Positions 1 to 10,720 of a stretch of 64,000 nt of DNA are shown here, piece after piece (position 1 is the stretch's first letter; the number at the start of each line of letters is the position of its first letter). The stretch comes from Nitrosopumilaceae archaeon (GTDB lineage: Archaea; Thermoproteota; Nitrososphaeria; Nitrososphaerales; Nitrosopumilaceae), in NCBI GenBank assembly GCA_965200155.1, contig CBDATR010000043.1:1-64000 (forward strand), in the 5' to 3' direction. The translations under genes and the position numbers were made by a program. Below the pieces are notes generated by a model, which saw only the letters and a list, made by a program, of their open reading frames with translations, was not told the origin of the DNA and ran no database searches.

Positions 1-1752
1 GGCAGCAGCATCCACCAAGTCTGAGACATCCTTGCATCTTGATACCAGCACCGGTTTGTCAGATGCTGGCACCCTTGTATCGTTAGTACCATATATCGCC
101 GCGCCATCATACTCGGGGCCTATCCCACCATCTGGCATTTCAAAGAGAGATGCAAACACCCGTAGTGTACCGGCTTCTAGACTATGCCTAGCAGCTATGA
201 TGGGTTCAGGATCCATTGTCGTCTTCATCAAGTCCGGGAAGGGCCTGCTCTTTATCATATTCCTCACGGCGTCCACCTTGGCCGCTACATTCACATCTGT
301 TCCATGCCATATGCGATACTCGTCGGCGTGCACCCTGTAGGTTATGATGGATCTGGATTCCAAACTCCTGACGGCCTGCTCAGCCCCATGTCCCACCATG
401 CACCGTATAATTCCCATGGAGGCGCGTAGACGACCGGAGCGGCCTATAAGATTCATCAGGCCTATGGCCTTGAGGACACTCATCTCCGTCTTATCTGAAG
501 CGCGCGTGTCACGCACTATCGTGTCAATCTCAATTAGTCTGGATGATGAGGCCGCTGCCCCGGCAGGAGCAGATCCAGATATGAAATAATCATACAGTTG
601 GTCTGCTCCTATGGTCGGCAGAGCACCCTGCCCATCCCACCGCGTATTCTCGACAAACCTTGCGACAGTACCCGGTCCACTTCCAAACACAAAAGAAAGT
701 AGCGTGCGGTCATTCTGGCCATATCTAGAACACAATTCCGGTAGTGCCTCAACAGCCAAGGGATGAAGCGGATAGCAAGATGCTGCAATATTGGTTGGTA
801 TGCCCATGCCTGCCTCTTCGGCAATCATCTTGGCATGCCCATCGGCCCACTCTAATATGTGACTGGATTGTTTGATGCCGTGCTTCAGGAATGAGGAGAG
901 AAGCGCCCTTGTATGTTCCAGTGTGTTGGTAAAATGAATACTATCGAAACGACCCTGTATTTTGGCCCACTCTTTGATACGTGTGGCCGAGGATCCTGCC
1001 ATATACTCGCCAAGTGCCATATGTTGCATGGTCACTATGTGTAGGCGCACGGCGCGCGTACCGGTCATCTCCGCTAGTTCCTGCAACAGAAACAAATCTC
1101 CATCACTGCCACCATTAGCAAAATACTCAACATTCTTGCCGAACTCGTCTATCACCAACAGGACGGGCGCCGCTGCTGCCATGCTGGATACTATACGTGA
1201 TATGATCGCGGCATCTGGAACCACTCCCCTTTGTAGGGACTTTGTACAACGACGCAAGGTTCCTGCTTCTGCAAAGTGTTGGCGCCCATATCTAGTCCCA
1301 AAGTAGGATACTGCACCATTGACCGCCGCCCGTAGGACGGTTACCGCCACCGGCTCCAATCGGGCAGTGACGACACACCTTATCATGCCGTGTTTGTCTA
1401 AACCGGCTTGCTGTCTACCCGATACCAGACGGTTTACCACATCGGGTGCCGTTTTGTACAACATTCTGTATATGGCCTTCCATCCCGGGTCGTCATGCGG
1501 GGCTACTAGGTGTCCTAAAACCACCCCGCAGATGGACTTGCCGGATCCATAAGGGCCAATTATCGACATAGCCATTCCCTTGTCTAGTCTGGTCGCAAAG
1601 ACATTGACTGCTTCAACAAAACTCGCATTTGGTATGTATTTAGCCACTATCTCGTCTGCGTCGCGTTCAATATTGGCCGAGACATGGGGCCGATCCGGAA
1701 CACTCACTATCTTGGGCAGCGGAATGCTAGACGCAGAATCGTGTATTATCAT
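1..1752 (-). CDS. sspC: SspC-like ATPase of an Ssp phosphorothioation cluster (3' end outside window)
   Basis: Not in the ORF track; translated by hand in part. ATG at 1752 overlaps the sspB stop (ATGA). Starts MIIHDSASSIPLPKIVSVPDRPHVSANIERD; Walker A IIGPYGSGKS (~1535-1565); Walker B LLVIDEFGKNVEY (~1125-1165). Follows the DUF4007 and cysteine desulfurase genes. Confidence 0.8.
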   Translation of the reverse strand, partial: MIIHDSASSIPLPKIVSVPDRPHVSANIERDADEIVAKYIPNASFVEAVNVFATRLDKGMAMSIIGPYGSGKSICGVVLGHLVAPHDDPGWKAIYRMLYKTAPDVVNRLVSGRQQAGLDKHGMIRCVVTARLEPVAVTVLRAAVNGAVSYFGTRYGRQHFAEAGTLRRCTKSLQRGVVPDAAIISRIVSSMAAAAPVLLVIDEFGKNVEYFANGGSDGDLFLLQELAEMTGTRAVRLHIVTMQHMALGEYMAGSSATRIKEWAKIQGRFDSIHFTNTLEHTRALLSSFLKHGIKQSSHILEWADGHAKMIAEEAGMGIPTNIAASCYPLHPLAVEALPELCSRYGQNDRTLLSFVFGSGPGTVARFVENTRWDGQGALPTIGADQLYDYFISGSAPAGAAASSSRLIEIDTIVRDTRASDKTEMSVLKAIGLMNLIGRSGRLRASMGIIRCMVGHGAEQAVRSLESRSIITYRVHADEYRIWHGTDVNVAAKVDAVRNMIKSRPFPDLMKTTMDPEPIIAARHSLEAGTLRVFASLFEMPDGGIGPEYDGAAIYGTNDTRVPASDKPVLVSRCKDVSDLVDAAA

Positions 1753-2669
1753 ATTGCGGCCGCCGTTCCTGATGTGGTCATGTCGTATGTTGCGGCTAGC
1801 ATTGCATCGGCGACGCCGCCGGTCTCACGCTCAAACACCAAGTGAGGTTCGCCATTGAGTCGTGATATTGACATGTACCGAGTGTCTCTACAAGCAGTCT
1901 CAAGGGCGGTAACCAGATCACCTTCGCTCATCTTGAATGCATTACCCACACCGCCTGGCTCTACGGCCAACCGCGCCACCGAGACATCATCACCGGCGCC
2001 TGTTCTGTCGGCAAAGTCAGCACATGCAAACGCTATCACATGGGGGGTAAGTCCAGTCTTGGGACCGAATATGAACCGTATAGATCCATTGTCATGTAGT
2101 GCCAACCCAATGTTTCGGAATGGGCAGTCGATGTACTCTTCTATCGTATGTCTGCCCCGTTTGGAAGTATAGGTATGAAGAAACACATCAACGTCTCTCT
2201 TAACGGAATCGGGGCTTGGTGTTTCCCAACGGGTGTTGTTCCGAACCATCTCCTGTATGGCGTCAAGGAGTTCACCGGTGCCAATTACTATTCCATGTAT
2301 CTGGTTTAGTATGAGCCACCAGGTTGGGATCCTACATGGCGGGGCCAGTAACAGCCAATGAAGTATCCATAATGTCTCAGGTCTCTCTAGATAGGGATCA
2401 AATCCATTGTCGTCAAATAGCGATTTTCCATATTTGTCTATATCCAAGCCGTTCTTGACCTCCTTTGTTATCTTAAATGCAAGTGACCAGAATCGTATCG
2501 ACCTTACCATGTTCTTTCCTACACCAAACCTAACGGTCGCATCGTTAGTCAGGAATGCATCAGATCTTGTAATGATCTGATTGTATGCTTTCTTAAGCCA
2601 GCCGTACCTTGGATGGAATGTTTCATGGCGTCCAAATCCGGGAACCTCGACTGCCTCGTTGATGTCCAT
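1749..2669 (-). CDS. sspB: DUF4007 family protein (SspB-like nickase)
   Basis: FGRHETFHPRYGWLKK, FGVGKNMVRSIRFW, DPYLE..TLWILHW and DCPF motifs typical of DUF4007. Confidence 0.88.
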   Translation of the reverse strand: MDINEAVEVPGFGRHETFHPRYGWLKKAYNQIITRSDAFLTNDATVRFGVGKNMVRSIRFWSLAFKITKEVKNGLDIDKYGKSLFDDNGFDPYLERPETLWILHWLLLAPPCRIPTWWLILNQIHGIVIGTGELLDAIQEMVRNNTRWETPSPDSVKRDVDVFLHTYTSKRGRHTIEEYIDCPFRNIGLALHDNGSIRFIFGPKTGLTPHVIAFACADFADRTGAGDDVSVARLAVEPGGVGNAFKMSEGDLVTALETACRDTRYMSISRLNGEPHLVFERETGGVADAMLAATYDMTTSGTAAAI

Positions 2670-3821
2670 TTATGCCGCCCTCGGTCTGCTTTCTATGGTT
2701 CTTATGGCCTTGACCGCCTCGGCAATATCAAGGACTGCTGCTTCTATGTCAGCGGCGGTGGTGCTCCTGCCTATCGATACCCTAATGGATTCATCTGCGG
2801 CCACCTTGTCCAAACCCATTGCCACCAAAACATGTGATGGCTCGATTGTGCTGGACGAGCAGGCGCTGCCTGTGGATATGTCGATTGATGTAATTCGAGC
2901 CAGCACCGCATCTGCAAGCGCCCCGCATATTCTGATGTTGGATGTGTTGGGAATTCTCTGTGAGATGGCGCCGTTCACCTGTATGTTTGGAATCGTATCT
3001 GATATGTGGCGCTCAAAACTGTCACGTAAGTGGCGCTGCCGCGGTGCATCGGCAAGTCCAACCGTGATGGCTATACTACATGCCTCACCAAAACCGGCTA
3101 TGGCCTGAACATTGAGCGTACCACTCCGCATTTCCCTCTCCTGGCCTCCCCCATGCAGGATTGCCCTGATGCGTTTCCGGGCATGCTTGGTGGCCACTAA
3201 TGCACCGCATCCCTTTGGCCCGTATATTTTATGACTGCTGAATGTCACCATATCGGCACCAATACGAACACAATCAAAGGGAATTTTTCCTATTGCTTGT
3301 GTGGCATCGCAGTGAAATAGGGTATCATGGTTATGAGCTATTGTGGCAGCTTCCTCTATCGGATGAATGACGCCCGTCTCACTATTTGCCGCCATTATTG
3401 AGACTACATCCACACCCTCCATCATGGATTCCATCTTATCCAAGTCAATTACACCGTCGGAATGGACTGGAATGACACTGAACTCAGAACCTTCTTCGGC
3501 TAGACTAGCACATGTCTGAAGCACAGACTTGTGCTCTGTTGCCCCGGCCAGCACCTTGAGGTGTCGCCCTAACCCGCGCCGTAGACCGCACAGTGCCAAA
3601 TTATTGGCCTCGGTCGCCCCAGAGGTAAATATGACATCCGATGGCTGCATTTCAACAGAATCTGCCACTTTCCTGCGCGCCTCTTCAACAACTTGCGCAG
3701 CCGTATAACCAGAACCATGACTGCTTGATGGGTTGCCAAATTTCTTGGTGAACAGCGGTGCCATCACATTGAGGACTCTTTCATCCACCGGTGTGGTGGA
3801 GTTGTAGTCAAGATATGTCAT
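2670..3821 (-). CDS. sspA: Cysteine desulfurase (IscS/DndA/SspA family)
   Basis: YLDYNSTTP, FGNPSS, FTSGATEANN, SSHKIYGPKG (PLP Lys), STGSACSS (catalytic Cys); abuts sspB. Confidence 0.88.
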   Translation of the reverse strand: MTYLDYNSTTPVDERVLNVMAPLFTKKFGNPSSSHGSGYTAAQVVEEARRKVADSVEMQPSDVIFTSGATEANNLALCGLRRGLGRHLKVLAGATEHKSVLQTCASLAEEGSEFSVIPVHSDGVIDLDKMESMMEGVDVVSIMAANSETGVIHPIEEAATIAHNHDTLFHCDATQAIGKIPFDCVRIGADMVTFSSHKIYGPKGCGALVATKHARKRIRAILHGGGQEREMRSGTLNVQAIAGFGEACSIAITVGLADAPRQRHLRDSFERHISDTIPNIQVNGAISQRIPNTSNIRICGALADAVLARITSIDISTGSACSSSTIEPSHVLVAMGLDKVAADESIRVSIGRSTTAADIEAAVLDIAEAVKAIRTIESRPRAA

Positions 3822-3834
3822 TCGCTGTTGGTTT

Positions 3835-3933
3835 GTATGAGTTCACCTGTATCTAAATTTACGCATAACTGATAGAACCGGTTACCAGTTAATGTGATTT
3901 GTTCATAAGATTCCGGAAGACGTGAACTCATAC
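3835..3933. mobile_element. MITE-A copy (99 bp variant)
   Basis: TIR GTATGAGTTCAC...GTGAACTCATAC; 8-bp TSD gttggttt. Confidence 0.92.
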
Positions 3934-3949
3934 GTTGGTTTATGGTGGT

Positions 3950-3959
3950 AAAATAAAAA
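3950..3959 (-). promoter_or_regulatory. Putative TATA box of the sspABC operon
   Basis: TTTTTATTTT on the minus strand would end ~21 nt upstream of the sspA ATG once the MITE and one TSD are removed, which is leaderless-type spacing. Confidence 0.4.
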
Positions 3960-4099
3960 GTCTGTCGTGTTCCGCCGCCCTTGACGGCTTGTGGTGTTTC
4001 TGCAAGTAATATATAATCAAAACAACCTATTATTCCTGTACAGTCCATATACCGATAACTTACCAGTTTCAGGTATACACTATGAGACGTAGGATGTCA

Positions 4100-4646
4100 G
4101 TGGTGATAGGAGGCCAGACTTTGTTGTCAAACTGTCAGAGGACCGTTCTATAATCGCCGATTCAAAAGCCCCTTAGGTGATCTATGGAATGCGGATGATG
4201 AGGCTGCCAAGTAGGACTATTTGGACAAACATGTGGCGGCGGTCAAAACCCACATACACAACATCTCCAAAAATGGATATTGGAAGAACCTCAAGTCGTC
4301 GCTGGATTTTGTGGTGGTGGTCATGTCCGAATATGCGTTACTTCCCGCACTTGACCGCGATAACACACTCAACGAATTTGCCATGGACAAACATGTCGTA
4401 CTGGTGACACCATCAACTTTGTTGTTGTTACTGCGGGCCGTGAATTTGATGTGGCGGCAGAGTCAGATGACCGCCGCGGTCAAAGAGATGGGCGATCTGG
4501 CAAGGGATCTGCATGAAAGATTGGGCGTGTTTGCCGGGCATTACAACAAGATAGGCAAGGACCTCAATGATGCGATCAAAAGCCACAATGCAGGCATAGG
4601 ATCGTGGAGTCGAAGGGTGGTTCCTGCCATTTACAAGCTGGGCTAG
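4100..4646 (+). pseudogene. rmuC: RmuC family nuclease, 5'-truncated and disrupted
   Basis: RPDFVVKLSEDRSIIADSKAP then stop; downstream frame HIHNISKNGYW...DFVVVVM...VVLVTPSTLLLLLRAV. Confidence 0.8.
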
Positions 4647-4665
4647 GCCAGCGCGGCAACTAAAG

Positions 4666-4764
4666 GTATGAGTTCACGTCTTCCGGAATCTTATGCACAA
4701 AAGAACCGGTTCTTTAACTGTCGCGATCAGTTATGCGTAAATTTAGACACAGGTGAACTCATAC
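4666..4764. mobile_element. MITE-A copy (99 bp), no TSD
   Basis: Both TIRs present; flanks differ (aactaaag / actggaca). Confidence 0.9.
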
Positions 4765-5322
4765 ACTGGACAAGCCAATCACGTGTGACGGATATGCCGG
4801 ATATAACATATTTTACAATATACGAGGTGCTGGGCACACATTACGGGAATCAAAAGATGAATCCGGGCCCGGCCCACCGGAAACATTACATAAAATGCTT
4901 CAGGAAATATACGCCGAGGCCCGGGACTTGAATCCTAAAGAGACGACTCCGGATATCATAGATTCGTTCGAGATACGTGTGCTCTCCATTGACACCCAGT
5001 GGCAAAAGATGGGCGTCAAGTTCGGCGATAAGCTGGAAGGCGCATCTCCAAATCTGTTTACATTCCTGCGCTACCACGGAATGGCACCCACCAATAATGA
5101 GTCTGAGCGCGCGCTGCTACGTCATACATCGCAAGATACGCATGTCTTGGGGCTCATACAAGTGTATGAAGGCAGTCGAGAACATCCTGACCTGCATGAT
5201 GACGTGGAGAAAGCGCGGACTCAACACAGATACTGTCCATACTTGGGGCAAGTTAAACGATCACACCAAGAACAATCTGGCGTAGCGCATTTCTCTTTGC
5301 TAAGGGTGACCTAAACGGTTAC
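4765..5322 (+). mobile_element. IS66-family transposase C-terminal remnant with terminal repeat
   Basis: LFTFLRYHGMAPTNNESERAL motif; ends GACCTAAACGGTTAC (GTAA-type TIR). Confidence 0.78.
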
Positions 5323-5385
5323 TCTGCGTCTATGTTGGCAGTGATCAGCTAAAGGCTCACCTATTTCCTACAAGAGTGTGTTAAA

Positions 5386-5674
5386 CTAGTCTATTGCCTG
5401 CTCCTCTGCGAGGACAATCTCTACGTTAAGGGGTGAAAGTGATTCAGACTCTGAAAGTATGGATCTAATGCGTATTACTGAATCAGTCTGATAGACCCCA
5501 ACTGTCGGAGTAAGGGTTACCTCACCCATTGTAAAGGGATCCCCTGCGGACAGAATCAAGGTTGCGTCGTTTGCATATGCCGAAGGAATAGATCCCGGGA
5601 TTGCAGCGGTCAGGCCGCCGGTTATCATTATTGTAGCTATTATAAAAACTCGTAATTTTGTGTTCTTTATTCAT
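5386..5674 (-). pseudogene. Fragment of a secreted/surface protein
   Basis: Signal-peptide-like start (..FIIATIMITGGLTAAIPGSIPSAYA) with a frameshift near the ATG; truncated next to the IS66 end. Confidence 0.4.
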
Positions 5675-5854
5675 GTTAAGTGAAAACCCACAATCCGTAT
5701 TTAACTATTGGATAAAGAGCAGTAGTATACCACCATGGCAGAGATTAAATCCCGCTATTTTACTACAAGCAGGGCGGGCGGTGATTGTTCCCTACCGGCT
5801 TGTTTATGCTTGCCGGATTTTGTGCCATGAAAAACGCGCCTCGATTCGGAGCGG

Positions 5855-7678
5855 CTACATCCTAGAAGGTGCACCTATCCCCAATGTCTTTAGGGCATCA
5901 CGCAACACTATACAAAAGGCATCCACCAGGCAAAGGCGGGCATTTTCGTATTCCTTGGCACCTATCACTCTGGTGGATTCATAGAACATGTTAAAGGCCA
6001 CAGCCATGTCATAGCAGTAACGGGCTACGACCTTGGGTGCCAGGTTCTCTGCCGCATTATTCAGAATGACGCAATATGTACTGAGTAATCGCAACAGGGC
6101 CTTCTCCCTGTCTTGGACCAGTACGTCCAGGCGCCCCCCATAATCGGGCTTTGTTCCGGACTTTTCCAGTATGCGGCAGGCGCGCGCATGGGAGTATAAA
6201 ATGTAGGATGCCGTGTCGCCCTCCATTCTCAGCGACTTGTCCATGTCAAATGTTATGGGCCGACCTAGGTCCTGGCGAATCATCTCGTATCTTAGCGTAC
6301 CTACACCTATTATCCGGGAGACCTCATTGGTGTCTATGTCAGAATTACGCTTGGATGTCTCGTCTGCGGCCCGGCGGCGTAGCATATCTAATACCATATC
6401 GGCGCCCACGTTTATACCCCGGCGGCCGGACATCTGTATGTTCTTCTCAGACTCTATGCCCAAAATTCTGGCCGTATCTGGACTGATGGTAACTGCCTCA
6501 TATCCCAAATGCACGTATGACCCAGACGGGGCAAGCCTAGCCATAATATCTGTCACCATATCCTGCAGGCGCGCCTGCCTGGAGTCCACCACTGTAATCA
6601 CCGTATGGGAACCAAAGTCCGCATTCATGCCATCTTTAAGTGCGCTTTGCAGTAATGGACCCCCAGGCTGGCCAGGATACTCCACGTACGAGAAGGGATC
6701 CTGGACCGCACCCATCTTCCAGGCCGCATAGGGTATATCCTTGGCCACGTATGTGGCGGTGCCATTACTGCGCACTATTACCTTGTCGCCTATAACCCAG
6801 CACCCCTTATTGTCACCATCGCTCTCCAGGTGAGTGATTTCCATTTCCTTGAGTTTCTCAAATGTCTCCCCCCACAGGCCTGATTCGATGATGTGGGACT
6901 CGTAGTTAAGCAGATCATAGAATATATCCATGTCCCAGCAGGTCTGCAGCTGGGCCTGCAGTACCTTACGAGTCACCTCGGCAGCCATATGCGATGCAGG
7001 TGTATAGTCCCTTTCCATATCCTGCAATATGCGACTGCGGACCTCCTGCAGTTCTGCATCATCCTGGCATCTCCGGGCAGCCTCCACATATACTACATCC
7101 CCGCAGTATGCATCAAACTTTTGGTCACCGGGTGTATTCATATCAAAACCCAAATGCATAAAGCCCAACACGGCTTCGGCCACCTGCAGTCCCAAATCGT
7201 CCACATAATTCAGGACCCGCACCTTGTGCCCTACCCGGCGCAGTATGCGGGCCAGTACATCGCCGATTACAATATTCCGGACATGTCCTATATGCAGGGC
7301 TTTGTTGGGATTGACACTGGTGTGCTCTATTGTTACGGTATCTTTTGCGCCAAAATCCCAATCCTGGTTAACACACTCTTTCAGTATGGACTGCCCCAGT
7401 ATGTCCCAGCGGGCCGTAATATTCACGTATCCGGCCGGATGAGACTCTATCACACCCACCATGCCGGATACGCTGCACTGCCCCGCCACCATTTCCGCCA
7501 TACAGGCGGGGCTCTGGCGCATCTTTTTTGCAAGCAGAAAAGCCACATTACTGCTCATATCCGCGTGACCCCCCCGGGCAGGTCCTACATCAAAGGGAAC
7601 CATATCATAATCCAAACTCTCCAGGGCATCCTGTATAATGGAACGGCACTGCTGCACCAGTGTATCATATGAGGACAT
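5855..7678 (-). CDS. argS: Arginine--tRNA ligase
   Basis: IEHTSVNPNKALHIGHVRN (HIGH), MSGRRG, YILYSHARACRIL anticodon-binding domain. Confidence 0.96.
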   Translation of the reverse strand: MSSYDTLVQQCRSIIQDALESLDYDMVPFDVGPARGGHADMSSNVAFLLAKKMRQSPACMAEMVAGQCSVSGMVGVIESHPAGYVNITARWDILGQSILKECVNQDWDFGAKDTVTIEHTSVNPNKALHIGHVRNIVIGDVLARILRRVGHKVRVLNYVDDLGLQVAEAVLGFMHLGFDMNTPGDQKFDAYCGDVVYVEAARRCQDDAELQEVRSRILQDMERDYTPASHMAAEVTRKVLQAQLQTCWDMDIFYDLLNYESHIIESGLWGETFEKLKEMEITHLESDGDNKGCWVIGDKVIVRSNGTATYVAKDIPYAAWKMGAVQDPFSYVEYPGQPGGPLLQSALKDGMNADFGSHTVITVVDSRQARLQDMVTDIMARLAPSGSYVHLGYEAVTISPDTARILGIESEKNIQMSGRRGINVGADMVLDMLRRRAADETSKRNSDIDTNEVSRIIGVGTLRYEMIRQDLGRPITFDMDKSLRMEGDTASYILYSHARACRILEKSGTKPDYGGRLDVLVQDREKALLRLLSTYCVILNNAAENLAPKVVARYCYDMAVAFNMFYESTRVIGAKEYENARLCLVDAFCIVLRDALKTLGIGAPSRM

Positions 7679-7679
7679 A

Positions 7680-8366
7680 TTACCACTGCCCGTATCCCAG
7701 TCTCTCTATGGCCTCGATAACACCAGGGCCGTAACTATTATCAGTGACAATATCCGCGGCATCCTGCACCTCGACGGGTGCATTGGCCACTGCCACCGAA
7801 GACCCAGCCACTTTAAACATGGGAATGTCCGTATGGCTGTCGCCAATGGCTATGATATCATGTGCCGGGATGTTAAATTGCCGCATCAACTCCCGCAGAC
7901 CCGCCCCCTTATCTATGCCGGGGGAGTTTATGTGTATGGCGTATCCACTGTCAGATATACATACGTCCAAGCCCAGCGACCTTACCACACTACGTATGAT
8001 ATCCGCGTCCACGTTACGCTCCAGGACCACCTCGGCCATTCTGGGAAATACGAGCTTCTCCATTACGCCGGGTACCTTACGTACTATGGCATTCAGTGCC
8101 GCCCTGCATTGTTCCAGATCGCCTAGCTTGATATGCGACTGGGCAGTAAGGGTGATGCAGCCCCCGTTCTCGCCGATGGCCATTTCTCCGGTGCCGCCAA
8201 ATACACCTAGTATATGGGCCTCCACAGAGGATCTCCCCGTCACGTATACCACCACATTCTCACCCATAGCCAGCTCACGCAAGACCTTCATGGTGCCCAG
8301 ATGTATAATGCCATTGCCGTTCTCTGTGATGGTGCCGTCTATATCCACGGCCCACAACTTTGTCAT
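7680..8366 (-). CDS. HAD-superfamily phosphoglycolate phosphatase (archaeal Cof/SPP-like)
   Basis: DIDGTIT, VTGRS, ENG, DKGAG, AIGDSHTD, VANA motifs. Confidence 0.9.
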   Translation of the reverse strand: MTKLWAVDIDGTITENGNGIIHLGTMKVLRELAMGENVVVYVTGRSSVEAHILGVFGGTGEMAIGENGGCITLTAQSHIKLGDLEQCRAALNAIVRKVPGVMEKLVFPRMAEVVLERNVDADIIRSVVRSLGLDVCISDSGYAIHINSPGIDKGAGLRELMRQFNIPAHDIIAIGDSHTDIPMFKVAGSSVAVANAPVEVQDAADIVTDNSYGPGVIEAIERLGYGQW

Positions 8367-8755
8367 TGTGATCCTGGTTATACCAGCAGATATAATATTT
8401 GCTCAGAAAATAGTTTGTTGCATAACTCCAAACAAGTTAAATTAAAAATATATGTGAACGGTTTGAGTGTTTTCGTTTATTCTGTCATAGTGATTACTAA
8501 CTTGGATCCAAGCATTAATATCTAAGATTTTTTAAACAAACTTGATGGTATTCACCGACAATGCCAAGTACGTCCAGCGGAAGGCTATTTGGCTTTGATC
8601 ATGCATGGGATTGAAAAGGCCAACCATAACAAGGAGGGTGCTCCCTACCAGTATGCCGTGGGCATGTTACATGACACTGAGAACGGCATTAGGTGTGAGA
8701 TACAGGCAGGTATCCGGATTCCTTGCAGGACTACTGGAATGGCACCAAACCCCGC

Positions 8756-9826
8756 GTATGAGTTCACCTGTGTCTAAATTTACGCACAACTGATCGTGAC
8801 AGTTAAAGAACCGGTTCTTTTGTGCACAAGATTCCGGAATCAATAGTACGAAAAGTAAGTCCGCTTAGGATCCGGCGTACAGTAGTTCAGATTGCACAAG
8901 CCAGATGGTAAAGAGAATAACAGAGGAATCAAGACAAAAGAGGCGTTGCCGCCACCAAAATAGCTCAAGACCTGAAACAAGACACGTACGAAGATTGTGA
9001 ACCAGAGAACGGGAACGACTCAAGATGGGCAGGCCCATGATACCAATCACCGCTACCCAGATACGAATGGTAACTGAAGCATACAGCAAGGACCCCGCCG
9101 GAGTAGTACGTATTGCAAAGAGGCTTAGACAGAATTACAATATATCGCGCAGTATATCGCATAATGAAAAAGAACGGTACAGCAGGATCATCACCTGCAA
9201 AGTCAGAGTGAGTACGATATGAGCGTAAATATTCCAATGCAATGTGGCACTGGCATGTCATGAAAAGATGAGCGCTTCAGGGGGACTGAATCTCATAGAT
9301 GATGCATCCAGGTGTATAGTCGGAGCGGCACTATTTGAGCATGCAACCTCAGAGAACACCGTTCTATTACTGAGACTGGCAATGAAACGATTCGGCGCCC
9401 CTGCATCTTGGATAACGGCGCGTGTTTCGTAGGACAATAAAAGGGCAAAAAGAGCTGGAAACCCACTATTCTAGGAAGAACTGCTGGATCAGGACATTAT
9501 ACTAATCAATTCCAGGCCATACCACCCGTAGACAAATGGCAAACTGGAGCGCTTCCATGGAATGATTGAGGACGAGGGGACTCTTATTTAAGAGTCCAAT
9601 GAGATATGGCATTATGACAGTCTCCGGGATTATGTGGACTACTACAATGAGAGAAGATTGCACTTCTCACTGGATATAGATAACGGCGAAACGTCGCTTC
9701 AGGAATAAAAAGGCGACCTAGACAATTAGGGCAAATGATGCAAAATGAATGGAGCGGGATGCCAATTACTAGCGGACCGACTTTTCATACATTACACACA
9801 AGATTCCGGAAGACGTGAACTCATAC
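8756..9826. mobile_element. MITE-A copy split by an IS481-like insertion (8756-8839 + 9797-9826)
   Basis: 8-bp TSD aaccccgc outside both halves. Confidence 0.92.
8840..9796 (+). mobile_element. IS481-family element copy 1 (defective)
   Basis: Imperfect TIRs TCAATAGTACGAAAAGTAAGTCCGCT / TGTAATGTATGAAAAGTCGGTCCGCT; 15-bp TSD cacaagattccggaa; RYERKYSNAMWH, IDDASRCIVG and TNGKLERFH motifs in broken frames. Confidence 0.88.
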
Positions 9827-10720
9827 AACCCCGCACCACTCCACAATATACAGACGCGGAAAAGATCTTGACATCGACAAGGGGAATGGCATGATTGTCG
9901 GCACAGACAAAAAGCTGACTAGAACCATGATTGTTGACTCAACCGGCCTTGAATCGTGCTGAGTGGATTAGGGCTAAATGGAAAAAGAGACGCGGATTCA
10001 TCAGTGCTCGCGGACTGGGAGAGCATATGCATTTACGGTTACCGGCGAGTGGGTTGGGGATACGCGCATGTTAAACAATGGAGTGCTGGGCTCGTATGCA
10101 GAAGAGCCACAACTGGACAGGGAGCACACCCTGGAATTGGAAAGTTCCAGACCCATTGCAACAGTTGCCATCTCTGGCAGGATCAACAGATAAGCCACCA
10201 CCCGGAAACGCGCTGACTAACGGTGTGTCCCCCTTACCGAATAATGATGAGAAGCGCGCATGCAACCTCGAGTTGCTTGCAGATGGCGCATACGCGTCCA
10301 GGGATAACATGAAATTGTGCAGTGATAATCGAATCCGGACAACCATTCCACTTCAGCTAAATTCCACCAAAGGAAAGGCGACTCATGGGGACTTGCAGTC
10401 TTGGAGGAAGCCCGGAATCGCCCATTTTCCGCCTTTCTGATGAGGAAAAAGCCAAAAACAAGCAGTACTGGAAGGCGGCAAAAGGGTACAACAGGCGATG
10501 GATAATCGAGATAATCATTAGAGCCGGTTCCCGTTCAAACTATTATTCGGACACGGATTAATGGCGCGGAAATGGGATAACATACGAGTACAATGAGTGG
10601 GTGGACGCGGCAGCAACGTAGATCACGACATGGGGAACCTGTATTCTGTCAAAGTCAGTCATGCAACAAACTCTCCGAAAACACATACCAATATACCAAT
10701 AATTTGCCACAAATGATACA

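Larger units (their letters stand above)
8411..10673 (+). mobile_element. IS5 family (IS903 group) element, degenerate, containing MITE-A and a nested IS481-like copy
   Basis: TIR AGTTTGTTGCAT(A/G)ACT resembles IS903 ends; ~9-bp TSD ctc(a/c)gaaaa; fragmented DDE motifs VDSTG and LLADGAY. Confidence 0.82.

Noticed and set aside
32-1858. Short + strand ORFs at the left edge
   Set aside because: Antisense shadows of the minus-strand sspC/sspB genes
2670-3821. Housekeeping IscS for Fe-S assembly
   Set aside because: No iscU nearby; directly coupled to DUF4007 and the ATPase, so the Ssp role is preferred
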